32,000 nt of DNA from positions 1 to 32,000 of the forward strand of contig JALVWC010000009.1 of the NCBI GenBank assembly GCA_027038505.1. Direction: 5' to 3'. A program made the position numbers and the translations under genes. The stretch comes from Nanobdellati archaeon. GTDB taxonomy: Archaea; EX4484-52; WAPT01. Below the pieces are notes generated by a model that was given only the letters and a program-made list of their open reading frames with translations, did no database searches and was not told the DNA's origin. Shown one piece after another: positions 31,126 through 32,000 of the stretch (position 1 is its first letter; each line of letters opens with the position of its first letter).

Positions 31126-32000
31126 ATGACTTCCAGAATAATTTTCATCGTTCTTGATGGACTTGGGGACAGACCTTGTAAAGAGCTTTACGGGGAGACG
31201 CCGCTGGAGGCCGCTTCAACGCCCTTCATGGATTACCTTGCAAGGGAAGGTGTTTGCGGTTTTCACGTGCCGATAGATCCTGGCATAGTCGTTGAATCCG
31301 GTCCGGCGCATTTCGAGCTTTTCGGTTACCATCCGTTCCGCGAGTTCTACCCGGGAAGGGGTGTGCTTGAAGCCCTAGGGATCGGTGCGAAGCTCGAAAG
31401 AGGTGATATCGCGCTGAGGGTGAACTTTGCCACAATGAGGGACGGTAAAATTGTTGACAGGAGAGCCGGGAGGATAGAGGATGTGAGCGTGTTTGAAAAA
31501 GATCTGACGATGGAGATCGATGGCGTGCAGTTCATCCTTAAAGCCGGGGTGGAACACAGAGCAGCACTGATAATTAGGGGCTCGGGGCTGAGCAGTGAGA
31601 TTGAGGGAAACGATCCCCACAAAACCGGTAGAAAACCACCAAAAATAAAGCCCAAAACCAGAAACCCCGATGCCGTAAAAACCGCAAAGCTCCTCCAGAA
31701 GTATATTGATAAAGCTGCCGAGATCCTCTCAACTCACGAAGTGAACAGAGAGAGGGAAAAGAAAGGTATGCTCCCAGCAAACTACCTTCTGGTGAGAGGG
31801 GCTGGAGAGTACAGGAGTGCTGAGAGTTTTAGAGAGAGGTATGATCTGAAGGCCTGCTGCATAGCGGGTGCTGGACTTTACAAGGGTATTGCGCGATATT
31901 TCGGAATGGATGTACTGAATGTGAAAGGTGCCACCGGCACGAAGAACACCGATGTGGATGCAAAGATACTTGCAGCAAAGAACGCTCTCAAAACCTACGA
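31126..32000 (+). CDS. apgM: 2,3-bisphosphoglycerate-independent phosphoglycerate mutase, archaeal type (3' end outside the window)
   Basis: My own translation from ATG 31126 reads MTSRIIFIVLDGLGDRP...TPFMDYLAREGVCG...RVNFATMRDGKIVDRRAGRI..., which matches the ApgM N-terminal metal-binding region. The frame is open to the window end. It is not in the ORF track because there is no stop in the window. Confidence 0.85.
   Translation, partial: MTSRIIFIVLDGLGDRPCKELYGETPLEAASTPFMDYLAREGVCGFHVPIDPGIVVESGPAHFELFGYHPFREFYPGRGVLEALGIGAKLERGDIALRVNFATMRDGKIVDRRAGRIEDVSVFEKDLTMEIDGVQFILKAGVEHRAALIIRGSGLSSEIEGNDPHKTGRKPPKIKPKTRNPDAVKTAKLLQKYIDKAAEILSTHEVNREREKKGMLPANYLLVRGAGEYRSAESFRERYDLKACCIAGAGLYKGIARYFGMDVLNVKGATGTKNTDVDAKILAAKNALKTY

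Noticed and set aside
1-32000. Search by eye for CRISPR arrays, IS elements or transposases, integrases, rRNA genes, inteins and long direct or inverted repeats.
   Set aside because: I found none. A computational repeat search (self dot-plot, CRISPR finder) would be needed to exclude short or diverged repeats.

Overview
This window looks like an archaeal chromosomal segment. Archaeal hallmarks include Taw3, CDP-archaeol synthase, Pth2, archaeal-type ApgM, ADP-forming acetyl-CoA synthetase, a NOG1-type GTPase, BRE/TATA promoters and a class-III (prepilin-like) signal peptide. The Lys/Glu-rich proteins suggest a thermophile, but I cannot name the organism. I support about 36 protein-coding genes (two truncated by the window edges), two tRNAs (Val-UAC, Pro-GGG) and one candidate structured ncRNA of about 180 nt with its own promoter and oligo-T terminator. 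I found no rRNA, CRISPR array, transposase, IS element or integrase. Positions 1-21000 are mostly housekeeping: acdB, taw3, a radical-SAM enzyme, two ribosome-biogenesis-type GTPases, prs, a YjbQ-family protein, an acdA-MBL-DHH operon, truD, carS, AMMECR1 and an SF1 helicase. Positions 21000-31000 look accessory. They hold an HTH/3xCxxC regulator with a DsbA-like protein, a 1426-aa heavily sequon-rich surface protein with a polytopic membrane partner, and an orphan module next to tRNA-Pro. That module is a Zn-ribbon gene and a small ORF divergent from a coiled-coil protein and a HerA/FtsK-type ATPase. A Cys-rich pilin-like protein follows. A TATA box centred 26-27 nt upstream of the start codon recurs across the window, which implies mostly leaderless mRNAs. 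Three divergent gene pairs are separated by only 52-53 bp with one central TATA element. The most interesting items are the orphan HerA-type module, an in-frame CDP-alcohol phosphatidyltransferase::Pth2 fusion, the unclassified ncRNA candidate and the giant surface-protein operon. All calls come from reading the sequence and the ORF translations by eye. No database search was run.
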